Source: Azolla caroliniana
Taxonomy: Eukaryota; Plantae; Polypodiophyta
Length of the DNA: 64,000 nt
Direction of reading: 5' to 3'
Assembly: GCA_043228905.1 (NCBI GenBank)
Contig: JBHGNT010000011.1
Location: 10,850,001 to 10,914,000 of the forward strand
The translations under genes were made by a program, and so were the position numbers. Positions 1 to 12,525 of this stretch are shown one piece after another (position 1 is the stretch's first letter; every line of letters begins with the position of its first letter). The notes below the pieces were generated by a model. It did no database searches, was not told the DNA's origin, and was given only the letters and a program-made list of their open reading frames with translations.

Positions 1-3000
1 GGGTGATGGTCAAGTATATGAGGCTTCCGACAATTTGTCGGAACCTCGTCGGGTCGCATACCTTTCCCGTATCGGGACGAAGCTTGACGGTTCTGTCCAG
101 AGGAGTCGAGACGGACTTACAGTCGGGCATCCCGAATTTGAAGAGCATACTCAGCACGTAATGGCGTTGGCTGATCAATATGCCTTCGGGGGTACGGATC
201 ACTTCGATCCCGAGGAAGTAATGAAGGTCCCCGAGATCCTTCATGTCGAACGATGCCGCAAGTTGTAGCTTCACGCGGTCGATTTCACCTAGGTCGACGC
301 CGGTGATGACCAAGTCATCAACATATAGTAAAATACTAACCGGTCCGAGTCAACCTTTCCGGATGAACAGGGAAGAGTCCGATTTTGTCGTGACGAAGCC
401 CATCCGACGCAGTTGTTGCGTGATCTTCGCGTTCTAGGCACGCGGGGCTTGCTTCAGTCCGTAAAGGGACTTCTTCAGTCGGCATATTGCCGAGGAGTTC
501 GTTCTGGAGTGAAATCCGGGGGGCTGTACCATGTACACTTGTTCCTCAAGGTCACCTTGTAGGAACTCATTCTTTACATCCATCTGATGTAACTGCCACC
601 CCTTCGCCGCAGCTACTGCGAGCAAAACACGGACGGTTGTCATTTTCGCGACCGGTGCAAACGTCTCATCGTAGTCGATGCCGTGTTTCTGCGCGTAGCC
701 CTTTGCCACTAGCCGAGCCTTGCACCGGTTGACGGAGCCATCGGTGTTGTACTTGATCTTGTACACCCACCTACACCCGATCAGTTTTACCCCTGTTGGT
801 GCGTCAACCAGGTCCCAGGTCTCGTTCTCCGCCAATGCGTGCATCTCTTCCTCCATCGTGGCACGCCAATTCGCGTCTTTAGCCGCTTCTGCATAGCTCT
901 CCGGCTCACGCACTTCCGCTACACGGGTCATGTACGCATAATGATGCGCCATGTACTCGTTGTATCCAAACCGCAAAACAGGATTCTTCTGGCGGGTAGA
1001 TCGGCGTAATCTCACATTAGCCGAAATCGAGGCCTTCTCGGTCGACGCGAACTTCACCTTTAAAGACCCGTCACCGGTTCCTTCGGAGTCGGACTCGCGT
1101 CGGTCTAACTCGTTCCTATCCGGGCCTGAATCCGACACCTTCTTCTTCCCTTTCTCTTTGCGCGTAAGCCGTCTCCTCGGCTTCCTGCGCGGGGAATGCA
1201 CGGTCGAGTCTCCACTACTGGCCGGCTCTTCATCGGACTGGTCGTACCGACTCAGTCATCCAATCGGTCCACTTAAACGGAGTGAAATCGGACTCTCTTC
1301 GCGGGTCTCGATTTCGGGCTCATCCGGAGGCATCTCGGCCTCGCTGACCTCATCATGAGCGCTCAGATTGGAGTCGGGGGCTGGTACCAGGACGCGGACT
1401 CGTCAAACACAACGTCGCGGCTAACACGCGCTTGTTTGGTGCGAGGGTTATAGCACTTATAACCCTTCTGCTCGTCCGAGTAACCAACCAAGATGCATTT
1501 CTCGGCCTTTGCATCTAGCTTCCTCCTTTTCTCCTTTGGTACATGCACATACGCAATGCTACCGAACACCCTCAAGTGTCGCAATTTTGGCTTCGTTCCG
1601 AAATACAGCTCATGCGCCGACACTTTGTCTCCGATCCGGTTCTGGATGTATATTGCGGTCCTTACCGCCTCGGCCCAGTAGAACTTGGGCAAGCTCTTCT
1701 CCTCCAGCATTGCCCGTGCCGCTTCCACAACTGACCGATTCTTCCTCTCAGCCACGCCGTTCTGCTCCGGCGTGTATCTACAACTGAATTCGCACCGAAT
1801 TCCCATTTGTTGTAGATAACCGTTGAATTGACCGGAAAAGTACTCTTTCCCGCCATCCGACCGCAGGCACTTGATCTTTCGTCCTGTTTCTGTTTCCACG
1901 AACCCTTTGAGGTCTCGGAAACAGTCGAAGACTTCGCTCTTCCTCTCAATGAGGTAGATCCATGTGTGCCGCGTGTGGTCGTCGATGAAGGAGACGAAAT
2001 ATTGGCTCCCGCCAAGACTAACGTTTTATGCCGGCCCCCATACATCGGAGTGTATAAGGTCGAGCTTGTTCCGGCTCTGGTTTCGCTCGTTGGGGAAAGG
2101 AAGTCGGTGTTGCTTCCCGAGCTGGCAGGCTTCGCAAATTTGTGCCTTTCGGCCACTAAATTTGGGCAATCCGAACACTACCTGTTTCGATTGCAGATCT
2201 TGAAGCCGTTGGTAGTTGACGTGGCCTATCCGCTTGTGCCACAAGTCGATGTCCGACTCGGATTTTTGTCCCTTCGCGAACATTGCGGTGCCGCCGTCAG
2301 TGGAATCGAGGATGAACATCCTCCTGTCTCTGCGCCCTTGCACAATCACACGGCCTTCTTCCTCAATGAAGCACCTGAGGTGTGTAAACCGAACCTCCAT
2401 CCCTTGGTCGACGATCTGTCCGACCGAGACCAAGTCCTTCGTGATTGTCGGAACATGCAGCACGTTCATGAGTTTCCCTTTCTGCCCGACATGGCTAAGG
2501 GGAACTTCTCCGACATTCGCGATCGGATGCGGAGTGTCGTCTCCAGTTGCGACTGCTCCAGGTTGTATCGGTTTTTCAAGGTACGAGAACCACTCCTTAT
2601 GGCTCGTCATGTGGTTTGACGCGCCGGAGTCTACATACCACACCTCGTCCGATCTCGGGGTGATCCGTTTCATTGAGTTTGCTTCGTGTCTCGTCACGAA
2701 GGCAGACCCTTCTCCGGTTCTCCCCGAGTCTTCGGCGTAGTGCGATCGTTGCCGATTTCCCTTGTCGGTATGTCCGGAGCCGTTTCCGGAACCGGTTCTC
2801 TCCGAATCGGCGCGCTTCTTCCAGCACTCACTTTCCCTGTAGCCTTTCTTCCCACAGTACCAGCACTCCGCGATGGCCTTCCCTTGCCGGTTCTCATCGC
2901 TTCAACTCCCCCTGTTTCCGGAGGGTCCAAAGTTGTTGTCGGCATCACTTTGGTGCCTTCTTTCTTGATCTCGTCGGCCGCCTCCATTGCGCGCCGACTC

Positions 3001-3651
3001 GCCTCGTCCTCCACGTCCACGGGGCCTATCTCCCTCCGTGTACAACATTCTGCTGTCGGTGTGCGTGCTTGTAGACGCACCCGCGTGGTTCTCCTCTACC
3101 AGGAGCATTGATTGTAAGTCGAAAAAGGACGACGTATTCTCCCGGGTACACACAGAAGTTCGGAACGCTCCAAACTTCGACGCCAAACCTCCAAGACAGA
3201 TCTAGACCATCTCGCTTTCCTCGATGTTCACCTCTATGGAGGCGAGGGAGTCGTAGATATCCTTGATCTTCGAGGTATAGTCCGCCACCGACAAGCCGCG
3301 TTGTCGTAGGTTGCTCAACTCCTGTCGGAGCTAAAGCTTCCTGGCTGTGGTGCTCGCGGCGAAAATCTTCTTCAGATTTTCCCACGCACCCTTCAGTGTC
3401 TTTGCATCCCGAACATAGCTCAATAGTTGTTCGCCCACACACGACGTGAAGTAGTATAATACCCTGCTCGCCGATTGCTCCCACGATGGGAAGTCTCTAT
3501 GTGTCGATTCGGGTGCCGCGTCATTAGCTCCTTCGACATAACTCCAGTAGTCGTGCCCGAGCAGGTACTGGTGCATCTTGTAGGACCAGGACGCGTAGTT
3601 GGTTCTGTCGAGCTTCTTTGTTGGAAGCGAGCTCGCCATGCCTCTATCCAT
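1..3651 (-). pseudogene. Copia A gag-pol polyprotein with premature stops and frameshifts
   Basis: Collinear ORF fragments 3331-3651, 2902-3186, 2026-2697, 1363-1899 and 434-1201 carry Copia domain motifs. Confidence 0.9.
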
Positions 3652-3711
3652 CGTTCTTCTTGTTCTTCTTCGTCAAGCTGTGTCGGCTGCAGAGAGGTTC
3701 TCAACCCTCGC

Positions 3712-3723
3712 GCTCTGATACCA
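3712..3723 (-). promoter_or_regulatory. Primer-binding site (tRNA-iMet) of Copia A
   Basis: gctctgatacca = TGGTATCAGAGC on the minus strand, abutting the LTR end. Confidence 0.9.
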
Positions 3724-4122
3724 TGTAAAAAGTAACGTGCGGAAGCAAGTATGAAGACCGAACAGAAGGAAGAAAACTCAGGTTTAATGGAGAGCTTGAG
3801 CTTACGTAGTATACGCGAGAGAGACAAAGAGAGTGAGAGAAAACACAAGAACTATATTCAACAAAAAATCTCGATTCACTACTCTATACATATGTGTGTT
3901 CCATGAACACTTTTATACAAGTCCTCGAAGGACTGACCGAAGTACTGACTGTACTTCAATGCTCTTTAAGAGCTCCTACACTAACTCCCAAATATATTCC
4001 TCACGGAATATCTTTCCTAACGGCCTCCCGGTTTACGAACTCGGCCTAACTGATTGGTTCCAACCGATCCGGTCCTCGGCTTCTTCAGCCGATCCGGCCG
4101 ATGTTGAGCTTGTCTCTCAACA
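3724..4122 (-). repeat. 5' LTR of Copia A
   Basis: TG...CA termini next to the PBS; starts TGTTGAGAGACAAGCTCAAC like other Copia LTRs in the window. Confidence 0.8.
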
Positions 4123-4595
4123 CATGGTTTCTGAATGAATTGGCTAAGTAGGCCGACAGAATACCTAAGGTCAGGTCATGTGATGGTTAGGTAGAGGAGG
4201 TTGCTGATCAGTTGGCAATACTGAGTTGGCTCGCACTCGGTTTTGCCGGAATCGACATCGAGCTTGAGGTTTCGTTCAAGAGGAGTAGACACAGGTTTGC
4301 ACTCGGTCATTCCAAACTTGTAGAGTAAGTTGAGAACGTAGTGCCGTTGAGAGATAAGGATCCCGACCAGTGTCTGAATTACTTCGATGCCAAGGAAGTA
4401 ATGGAGCTCCTGCATATCTTTCATTTCAAATCTGCAGGATAGGAGTGATTTCACCGTATGACCAAATCATCCACGTATAGGATGATGATAATCGGGTTGT
4501 TCGACTCGTTTCAGATGTACAGGGAGTTGTCCGATTTTGACATTTGAAATCCGATTTGGTGAAGATATTGTGTGAGCTTCGAATGCCAAGCACGT
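4123..4595 (-). pseudogene. Copia RT fragment (element B), host of the Copia A insertion
   Basis: Translates to RAWHSKLTQYLHQIGF..., YVDD and FEMKDMQELHYFLGIEV...LLYLTIT (Copia RT C-terminal half). Confidence 0.85.
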
Positions 4596-5435
4596 TGTCG
4601 TGAAGAATATGCTTCACGATATAAAAATGAACTTAAATATTGTATTTAGTAGTATTTGAGAGACTTGAACCCACACCCTTATATACGAAGTACAATATAC
4701 ATATCACTAGGCTAGGCTATTTATTTTTAGAAATATTGTAAAGAATATTCTTCATGATCTAAGAATGAAGCTAAATATTGTATTGAAGATAAATATTGTA
4801 TTGAGTAAACTTGAACCCTCAACCTTGGATACCAAGCACCAGGTATACACCACTAAGCTAGATTATTTATTTTAAAAGATATATTTCCATCATTGTACTT
4901 ATCCTATATCTATTTTTATACATAAGAGCTCAAATGAGCATGATGGCTATCATGCATCACATGTAATGCATGTGTGCCAAATGGCGATCATGCATTGCAT
5001 GCATGCCATCGTCCCACACATTACCATATGCATGACAATACTTATATAAAGAGGGGCAAGGAAAACAAGAAAGGAATCAAGAGAAAGTGAGAGAAATAAT
5101 ATGATCAAACAAACAAATTAGCTCATTTGGGAAGAGGCTCATGGTTTGAAGTTGGAGTCAAGGGTTCAAATCTACAATTCAACGAAAGAAAAGTCGCATC
5201 TTGTGATCGACATTGTAACTTTGGTAAAATATTGATACATTTTCACTTCTTAAATCATACATTGTCTCTTATCTCTTATCTATGCTCATCTGTCTCTCAC
5301 ACATTACTTCTAACTCTTGTTCTTCCTATCCTTAATCTTTCTAACATTGTTGTACAAGCCTTATAAAATATATAGCCAACTCCTTTTAACCTTAGTCCCT
5401 ACGACTTCGCCGCACGAACCACAACTACCCCGACA
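4596..5435 (+). repeat. Solo LTR of a Trp-primed Gypsy-type family
   Basis: TGTCGTG...CGACA termini like the Gypsy LTRs at 27794/34159/52339; CATGCA cluster and TATA at ~5043; no internal domain follows; flanks (acgt/ccgc) do not form a TSD. Confidence 0.65.
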
Positions 5436-8400
5436 CCGCTGACCACCCCTACAACATAGGCTAGGACGGTCAGCCGGTACATGAGGTCCGTGTCGAGCCT
5501 AGCATGGCTCATTATCATGATTGGTTTGGTCGACTCTTACCTTCTACCACTCTTTCGGCTTTCTTTTGCTTGGTCGCTTGTCGTAGTCCATCTCTGTCCT
5601 TAGTGCTCCGAAGCATTGATCTGGGAGTGGTTTCGTCAGGCAATCAACGATGTTCACCTCGGTGTCAATCTTCCGGACTTCGAGCCTCTTCTCTGTTATG
5701 AGCTCCCGAATGTGATGATACCGCATCTTAATGTGCTTTGTCTTTGCATGATAGAAAATATTGTTGATGAGGTGTATTGCACTCTACGAGTCGCAATAGA
5801 TGGTTGGCGATGGTCAGTTGATTCAGATAGCTAAAAAGTCAACAGACAGTCGGTGCAGTCAGATAGCTTCCTTCGTTGCCTTCGATGTTGCTATGTACTC
5901 GGCCTTTGTGGTCGATTGAGCCGTGTACTCTTGAAGTTTCGACCTCCATGATATCACACCACCACCATAGGTGATTGATGTCGATTTCCGATTATCCATG
6001 TTTTTGGCGTAGTCGGAATCGGTGTAGTCTTCGACTTCAGCTGAGGTTGTCAAACCGAAAGTCAGTTGTGTATCTTCGGTCCCTCTCAGGTACTTGAAGA
6101 TGTGCTTGACGGCCTCCCAATGCTTCCGTCCTGGGTTTGACGGACTTGGAGAGTCGAAGAGTCTCGGTCATCCGATTTCCCTCAATCCTCATGCCCAGTA
6201 TGTGACAGGCTTGTCTGAGTTCTTTCATTGAAAACTTGTCATGAAAGCTCCACTTCAGCTTTCCGATCTTTGCTTATTGCTTCATGCAATCCGCATGTCA
6301 TTGACATATAGGATCAGGTAAATCCTGGACTCATCAACTAGTAGCCGAATGTACATACATGGGTCGGAGTCTGAACGACGGTATCCAAGCTGCCTGAAGT
6401 AGGAGTCAAATTTCTAGTACCACATCCTCGACACTTGTTTCAAGCCATAGAGGCTTTTCTTAAGTTGACATACGAGGTGACATTCCTCCCCCATCGCCGT
6501 GAAGCCTGCCGGTTGAGACATGTAAATGTCTTCTTCCAAATCTCCGTGTAGGAATGTCGTCTTTACGTCCATTTGCTCGAGTTCCAGGTCTTCTGTCGCT
6601 ACAACTCCTAGTAGGAGTCAGAAGGTGGCCATCTTGATTACTGGTGAGAATATCTCGTCAAAGTCGACCCCGTATTCTTGCTTGAATCCTTTTGCGACGA
6701 GCCGAGCTTTGTACTTGTCAGAGTCAGATACATACTTGTATCAGAAGACCCACTTGCAAGGTAATGACTTTCTTCCATGTGGTAGTTCAACAAGCTCCCA
6801 TGTCTAATTCTTGTAAATCAAGTCCATTTAGGATTTCATGGCTTGTAGCCATGAATCGGCGTCCATTGCGGCCATAGCTTCTTCATAAGTGCTTGGTTTG
6901 CATGCATCGGTGTAGTTGACGTAGTCGAGGCCCGGTTTATAAAACTATGTTGGCCTTTGAGCTCGTCCAGATCTCTCTTGGGTGCCAAAATAAGTGGTTC
7001 GGATCCTTGGATCGTCTCTGCTGGTTGATCGGCATTTGTTGAGCCACTTGTTTCAGGATTCTTGTTGGTTGATCCGCCCCCATTTTGGGATTTTGGCGGT
7101 GTCATGGCGTTCTCCCCTGTGAACTTTGTCAACTTGGTTCTGTTTCCAACTCGCATCTTGTTAGCTTTGCCTTGTTCGAATCTTGTTGAATCAGCTTTGT
7201 CTTTGATGGCTTTGTCTTCGAGTTCGACGAGTGGACCTCCTACCGATTTGGAGTCGATAGGTATGTTGTCGGCATGGTCTAGTTCAACTAGTTGTCGAAT
7301 GTCCGATTTAGCTTGGTGGGACGGTCCTTCTACGACATCTTTGTCGGCTTCGAAGGACACCTTTTTACCAACTTTTTTTTGCTAGTTCCATTGAGAGAAG
7401 ATAGAAACTTCATTGAAGACTACGTCACTGCTCCAAATCAGTTTCCAGTTCTCAAGGTCCCATAGCCTATAGCCGAAGTTGCCATCGGTTCCATAATCGA
7501 GAAATATGCACTTCGTTGCATGGGGTGCTAACTTGGTCCTTTCCCCCCTGGGGATAAACACGTAGGCTTCACATCTGAATATACGAAGTCTATCATAGGT
7601 AGGTTTTTTTCCTAACCATAGTTCCTGTCGCACCTTGAGCCTTCTTTCTCTCGACGGTGATAGATTTACCAAGTATACCGCCGACTGCAATGCCTCAGCC
7701 TAGAATTCCAGCTTTAGTCCGGCTTATTGGAGCATTGTCGTCACCCTCTCTTGGGTCGTTTGGTTGATCCGTTCTACTACTCCATTCTGTATGGGTGTGT
7801 AAGGAATGGTCCTTTGACGCCGGATCCCTTTGTTGGGCAGGTACTGTTTGAAGGCTCTAGAGGTGTACTCACCCCCGTTGTCAGATCAGAGTGTCTTCAC
7901 TACGTGTCCCGGGCAGTTCTCTACTTCAGATGACCACCGAGTGAAGACCTCGAGCGCTTCTTCTTTGGACCTAATCGAGTAGGCCCAAACCTTCCGTGTA
8001 CAGTCCTCTACGAATGTGATGAAGTATCGAGAGCCTCCTAGTGATAGTTCTGGCATGGGACCACACGTATTTGTTTCAGTGTGGACTTTGGATCTGTTTC
8101 CCATATTGAGAATGCTCATAGAAGTTCGTCTTTTCTTGGAGTTTAGGGATGTAACCAACCACCATCAACTGATCGAGTTCGGCTGATGACATATGGCCAA
8201 GTTTGTCATGCCATATGTTTGGGTCGGTCTTTTCGGCTACGTTCACGACCCCTTCTGGATTGATCGCCATTAATGGGTACAAGTTATTATACTTGTGCCT
8301 GCCTCCTATCTTCAAGTTTCTTCGGCTGATCATCCATGTCGACTCCCTTAGAGTCGTTCGGTACCCATCTTCGGCTAACATGCCGATGGAGACCAAACTC

Positions 8401-9877
8401 CTTTTCAGATCGGGTATGTGCCGGACTTGCTGCAGGATGATCATATTTCCATTGGGCAATCGGATGGGAACCTCTCCAGTTCCTGCGATTCTGCACTCCT
8501 GCCCGTTGCCTAGTCGGATTGTGCTGCTGGCATCGGCTGAATAGTTCGAAAATCATTCAATGTTGGGGGTCACGTGGAATGTGGCACCGGAATCCAATAA
8601 CCATGTGTGCGCATCTTGTGCACTGTAGAGGACTTCTCCGATCACTGAATCCTCTAAGGAGAGAATTTCTCCTAATCGGGTGTTGGCAACATTGATTTGG
8701 TTGCCGACTCGAGAATCGTCCGAGTTGGGTCGTCCTCTATTCCGCTCGGATCTACTACCACTCTCTTTCCTCTTGATCGACCAGTAGTCGGAAATATTGT
8801 GGCCAACTTTTCTACAATGTCTACAGAATTCGATTCACCAGCCCATTCTCAACTTCTACCGTTGTCGGTTTCCCCTCGTTTTCGATCGACTATGGTGTCA
8901 ACCAGCTATGTCGGCTTGTTCTTTAGATCGACTCAATTGGTCGACCGCCTTGGCCGAGTGGTGGGCTTCTGCCAACTCATTGAGGGTGAATCCCATTGAT
9001 TTTCACCGAATGTCCTCGGTGAGGACTTGGCCGATCGTCTCATCCAAGTTTAGGATCAGTCGGCTATTGGCGTATGTCGTGCAGAATACCTCCCAGCTCA
9101 CCGGCAAGCTCGATAGGAGGGCAAGGGCTTTCACTTATTCTTCGAAGTTGATCCCTTGTGAGGAGAGTTCTGACAACACTGGGCTAAAGGTGTTGATGTG
9201 GGAGTTAGCCGGATTGGTCTCTCTCATCTTCATGTTGAACAATCGTTTGATCAGATCGGTCTCTCTATCTTCATGTTGAACAACTTTGAAGATGACCACT
9301 TTTTTTCGTACGTGGCTTGTAGCTTCTCCCACAATGAGAATGTTGTCGTCTCTTTTGCCATGCTAAAGTAGACATTTTCGGCCAGATGCATTCGGATAGT
9401 CGAGCGTGCGATTTCATCTCCTTCCATAGGGCAAAGTTTTGGCCATCGAATTTTCTGATTTCAACTCCTATTCTGCATGTTGAAGCCATGTTCTTCTTTG
9501 AAAGTGAGATTTTACTGACTCGGTCTTTTTTCTTTCAGCTTTTTCTGTTCTTTGTTGCCGCCGAGCCGCAGATCGCTCTGATATCAATTGATGGTTCAAT
9601 GTGCGTGCGGAAGCATATGTGAGGACCTATCATATGTGTTTGGCAAACAACATAGAAGGAAGACAAGAGAATAGACAGAAGATATACGCGGTTTAAGATT
9701 TAATGGAAGCTTTGTTATTACATTCTCTCTCTCTCTCTCTCTCAAAGACTCTGTACAAGAATGATGAAGGGTTTTTTTTTTTCAACGTTAGGTTATCGCT
9801 TATATACTAAGCCCTAACTATATAGACCAGTTCACACTAGGATACAAAGTAGAAGGAGTCGGTCTTTTATGCCAACA
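5436..9877 (-). mobile_element. Degenerate Ty1/Copia element C (5' LTR ~9589-9877, PBS 9575-9586, 3' LTR missing)
   Basis: PBS TGATATCAGAGC; gag (KFDGQNFALWK), protease (WLLDSGATFHVT), integrase (SLGGSRYFITFVED), RT ([16 protein letters not shown]) and RNase H (YTDSD, RYHHIRE, DCLTKPL), all with many stops. Confidence 0.85.
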
Positions 9878-10389
9878 TCGGCCGCACTCCACCATTGCTT
9901 GTAGTCGAACTCCGGACAAAGTCTCTCAAAATTGACACAGATGGCATCAACATCAACATCCGGCTTGTCAAAGATGAGTCTGAGGAAGTTCGACAGATCG
10001 AACTTCAACTTCTAGAAGGAGCAGATGCAGGACTATCTAATAATGAAGGGTCAGATCAATCCATTCGAGAAGGACACAAGCCGATTGAGTGGCAGGAACT
10101 GGACAAAATCATTCATGCCACAATTCGGATGCACCTGTCGGAGTTCGTGTATTTCACGGTGCAATCATGTTCGACTGCCTTCCAACTATAGAAGACACTC
10201 TCAGACACCTACGAGAAAGAGATAGCCGCCACAAAGATATATCTGATTCGGCGCCTTTACAACCTTCGGATGAAAGAATTTGACTCAGTCTAGGCACACC
10301 TAAACAAGTACGAAAGCTTGACCTCCCAAATCGTGGCTCAGTGGACGACAACCGAAGATGAACTAAGAGCAATGTTGGTCATGAGCAGT
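9878..10389 (+). pseudogene. Copia gag fragment (element D), interrupted by the chromovirus LTR
   Basis: KIIHATIRMHLSE...KTLSDTYEKE...IYLIRRLYNLRMKE (UBN2-type Copia gag). Confidence 0.7.
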
Positions 10390-10820
10390 TGTCACAACCA
10401 AGAGAGAAGATAGAGTGACAGAAGAAAGGTGTAAAGAGATCACAAGAAGAGAAGAATGAATGTATTAAAGTAGAATGAGTATGGATACAAGATAGGCGAT
10501 GAGAGCTTAAGACTGGTGTTGATTTGAATTGATTTGAGAGTTCATGTATGCCCTTATTTATAGGTTCCCATTGAAAAGCATAGAGATTTCTATAATGTTC
10601 TAGAATTTTCTTCACCTAGAATATTCCAAGATGTTCTTGGATATTCTAGAATGTTCTAAAATGTTCCAGAGTATTTACAATAATCAGTGTATTACAAGAA
10701 ATAGCTTGTATCATCTCATATGATCATGGGCTATCTTAATGGTGGGGTTGCTGTAATTATGTATTACAAGGACTTGGGTTCAAGCCCAGGTGAAGCCATG
10801 ATTCTTATGTATTCATGACA
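10390..10820 (-). repeat. 3' LTR of the chromovirus
   Basis: TGTCATGAAT...GTTGTGACA on the minus strand, immediately after the polypurine tract (10821-10833). Confidence 0.8.
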
Positions 10821-12007
10821 TTATCTCCCCTTCGAGAACGATGAGTGGAAGTCGGCGTTAACAATGTAGGGGCCGGTTTGTTTGGATAGCGGCGATGGAA
10901 GTCGTCGACAAGAGCTTGAGCATTAGAAACATTATTGACAGGTTCCCTAGTGCAATCACTCGGAGGATAGCCAATCCAATCAACCAAATAATAGAGCTTA
11001 TTACGCACAATCTTAGAATCAAGAATAGTAGCTACCTCATATTCAGGGTCGTTAGCAAGTTCGACAGAGGGTGAGGGTGGCATGACTCGATTAGGAATGG
11101 AAGAGGTGCGATAAGGTTCCAAAAGAGAGCTATGAAAGACTGGGTGAAGCCGCATGTGTGTTGGAAGGTTAAGACGAAAGGTTGCTCAGCACTAGGGTTT
11201 CGTGCGACCTCGGGAAGATCTACGATACACCATCGAGGATGGTTGCCAGTGTAGGCAAAGAAATGTGTAACCTTGGTAGAAGAGTGTACCGTGTTATTGT
11301 ATGCAAACTCAGCAAAATGTAAAATATTACTCCAATCATCTTGTTGATAACTGATGAAGCAACGAAGATATTGCTCGAGCATTTGATTTGTGCGCTCTGT
11401 TTGTCCATCGGTTTGTGGATGATAAGCGGAGGAGAGTTTGTAGGAGATTTTGACACATGCCCATAGGTTCTTCCAAAAGTGAGATAAATTGAGGAACACG
11501 ATCGCTAATTATATTGTCTGGAAGACCATGATGACAAAACACTTCATGCATAATGAGATCTGCGGTTTCTTGACTACTGATGCTCTTCACACATGGTAAA
11601 AAATGTGTCATCTTGGTAAATTGATCGACTACTGTTAAAATAGTATCAAATCCTTTTGAAGATGGAAAATCCGTAATGAAATCCATAGAAATAGACTGCC
11701 ACGGCTTAGTTGGAGACGGTAATAGTTGTAACAAGCCATAAGGATGATGCCTGGGTATTTTGGCTCGACAACAAGTGTCACATGTACGAACATAATCTTT
11801 GACAAAGTTTTGCAAATGAGGCCACCAAAACAAGCGCTTCACCAACTCCATGGTCTTCGCAATACCAAAATGTCCAGCCATAGGGGCATCATGACAATGT
11901 TCCAATACTTGAAGGCAGGGTGATCCATTAGGGACATACAAGAGATTCTTGTAAAAGAGTAAGCCATCTTGCCATTTGAATTCTTGATAGTGTTGAGATG
12001 ACCCTTG
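10805..12007 (-). pseudogene. Chromovirus integrase plus C-terminal chromodomain (frameshifted)
   Basis: HD..AGHFG...CDTC zinc finger, SMDFITDFP, SDRVPQF, YHPQTDGQTER, HPVFHSSLL, and chromodomain EYEVATILDSKIVRNKLYYLVDWIGY..EP. Confidence 0.9.
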
Positions 12008-12430
12008 TGTTGAGCGGCAAGCTCAACCGGACCCGGATTGGCTGAATAAGCCTGAGCCAGTAAGTGAGATGAATCGGTATGCCGTTGAGCAACCGAGTCG
12101 ATAAGCAATAAGGACCGGTGAGTTGGGGAGCCGGTATGCCGGATCTAATCTGTAACCGGAAGCCTAGTATAGGTTAGACTACTAGGCAGTTATAGTCTCG
12201 TAGTTAGTGTCAGATGCTCGTGTGAGCATTGAAGTACACCGTACTTCTAACAGTCCCGTGTGGACTTGTATAAATAGCGCTGATGAGCGCGTTGTAGATA
12301 CAGAGCATAGAGTATTCATATAATCTCGAAAAAATAGTGTGTTTTGCTCTCTCACTCTCTGTCTCTCCCGCGTACTCTCTCTCTCTCTTTGTATTGTTCT
12401 TTCTAACGCATCTGCAAGCTATCTTTCACA
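12008..12430 (+). repeat. 5' LTR of Copia E
   Basis: TG...CA termini; matches 25177-25597. Confidence 0.95.
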
Positions 12431-12525
12431 TGGTATCAAAGCGCGTGGGTTGAGAACCTCTGTTGCAGACATCTACGCTTGTGAAGGAAACCCTAACAGA
12501 TCGGAAAACAGACACAAAAGGAGAA

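Larger units (their letters stand above)
1..4122 (-). mobile_element. Ty1/Copia LTR retrotransposon A (5' part; 3' end runs off the window start), degenerate
   Basis: On the minus strand: 5' LTR TGTTGAGA...TTTTACA (3724-4122), PBS TGGTATCAGAGC, then gag, zinc knuckle, protease (WYVDSGASNHM), GAG-pre-integrase (LWHKRIGH..CEAC), integrase (LRSDGGKEY, QNGVAER) and RT ([29 protein letters not shown]), in Copia order. Confidence 0.95.
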
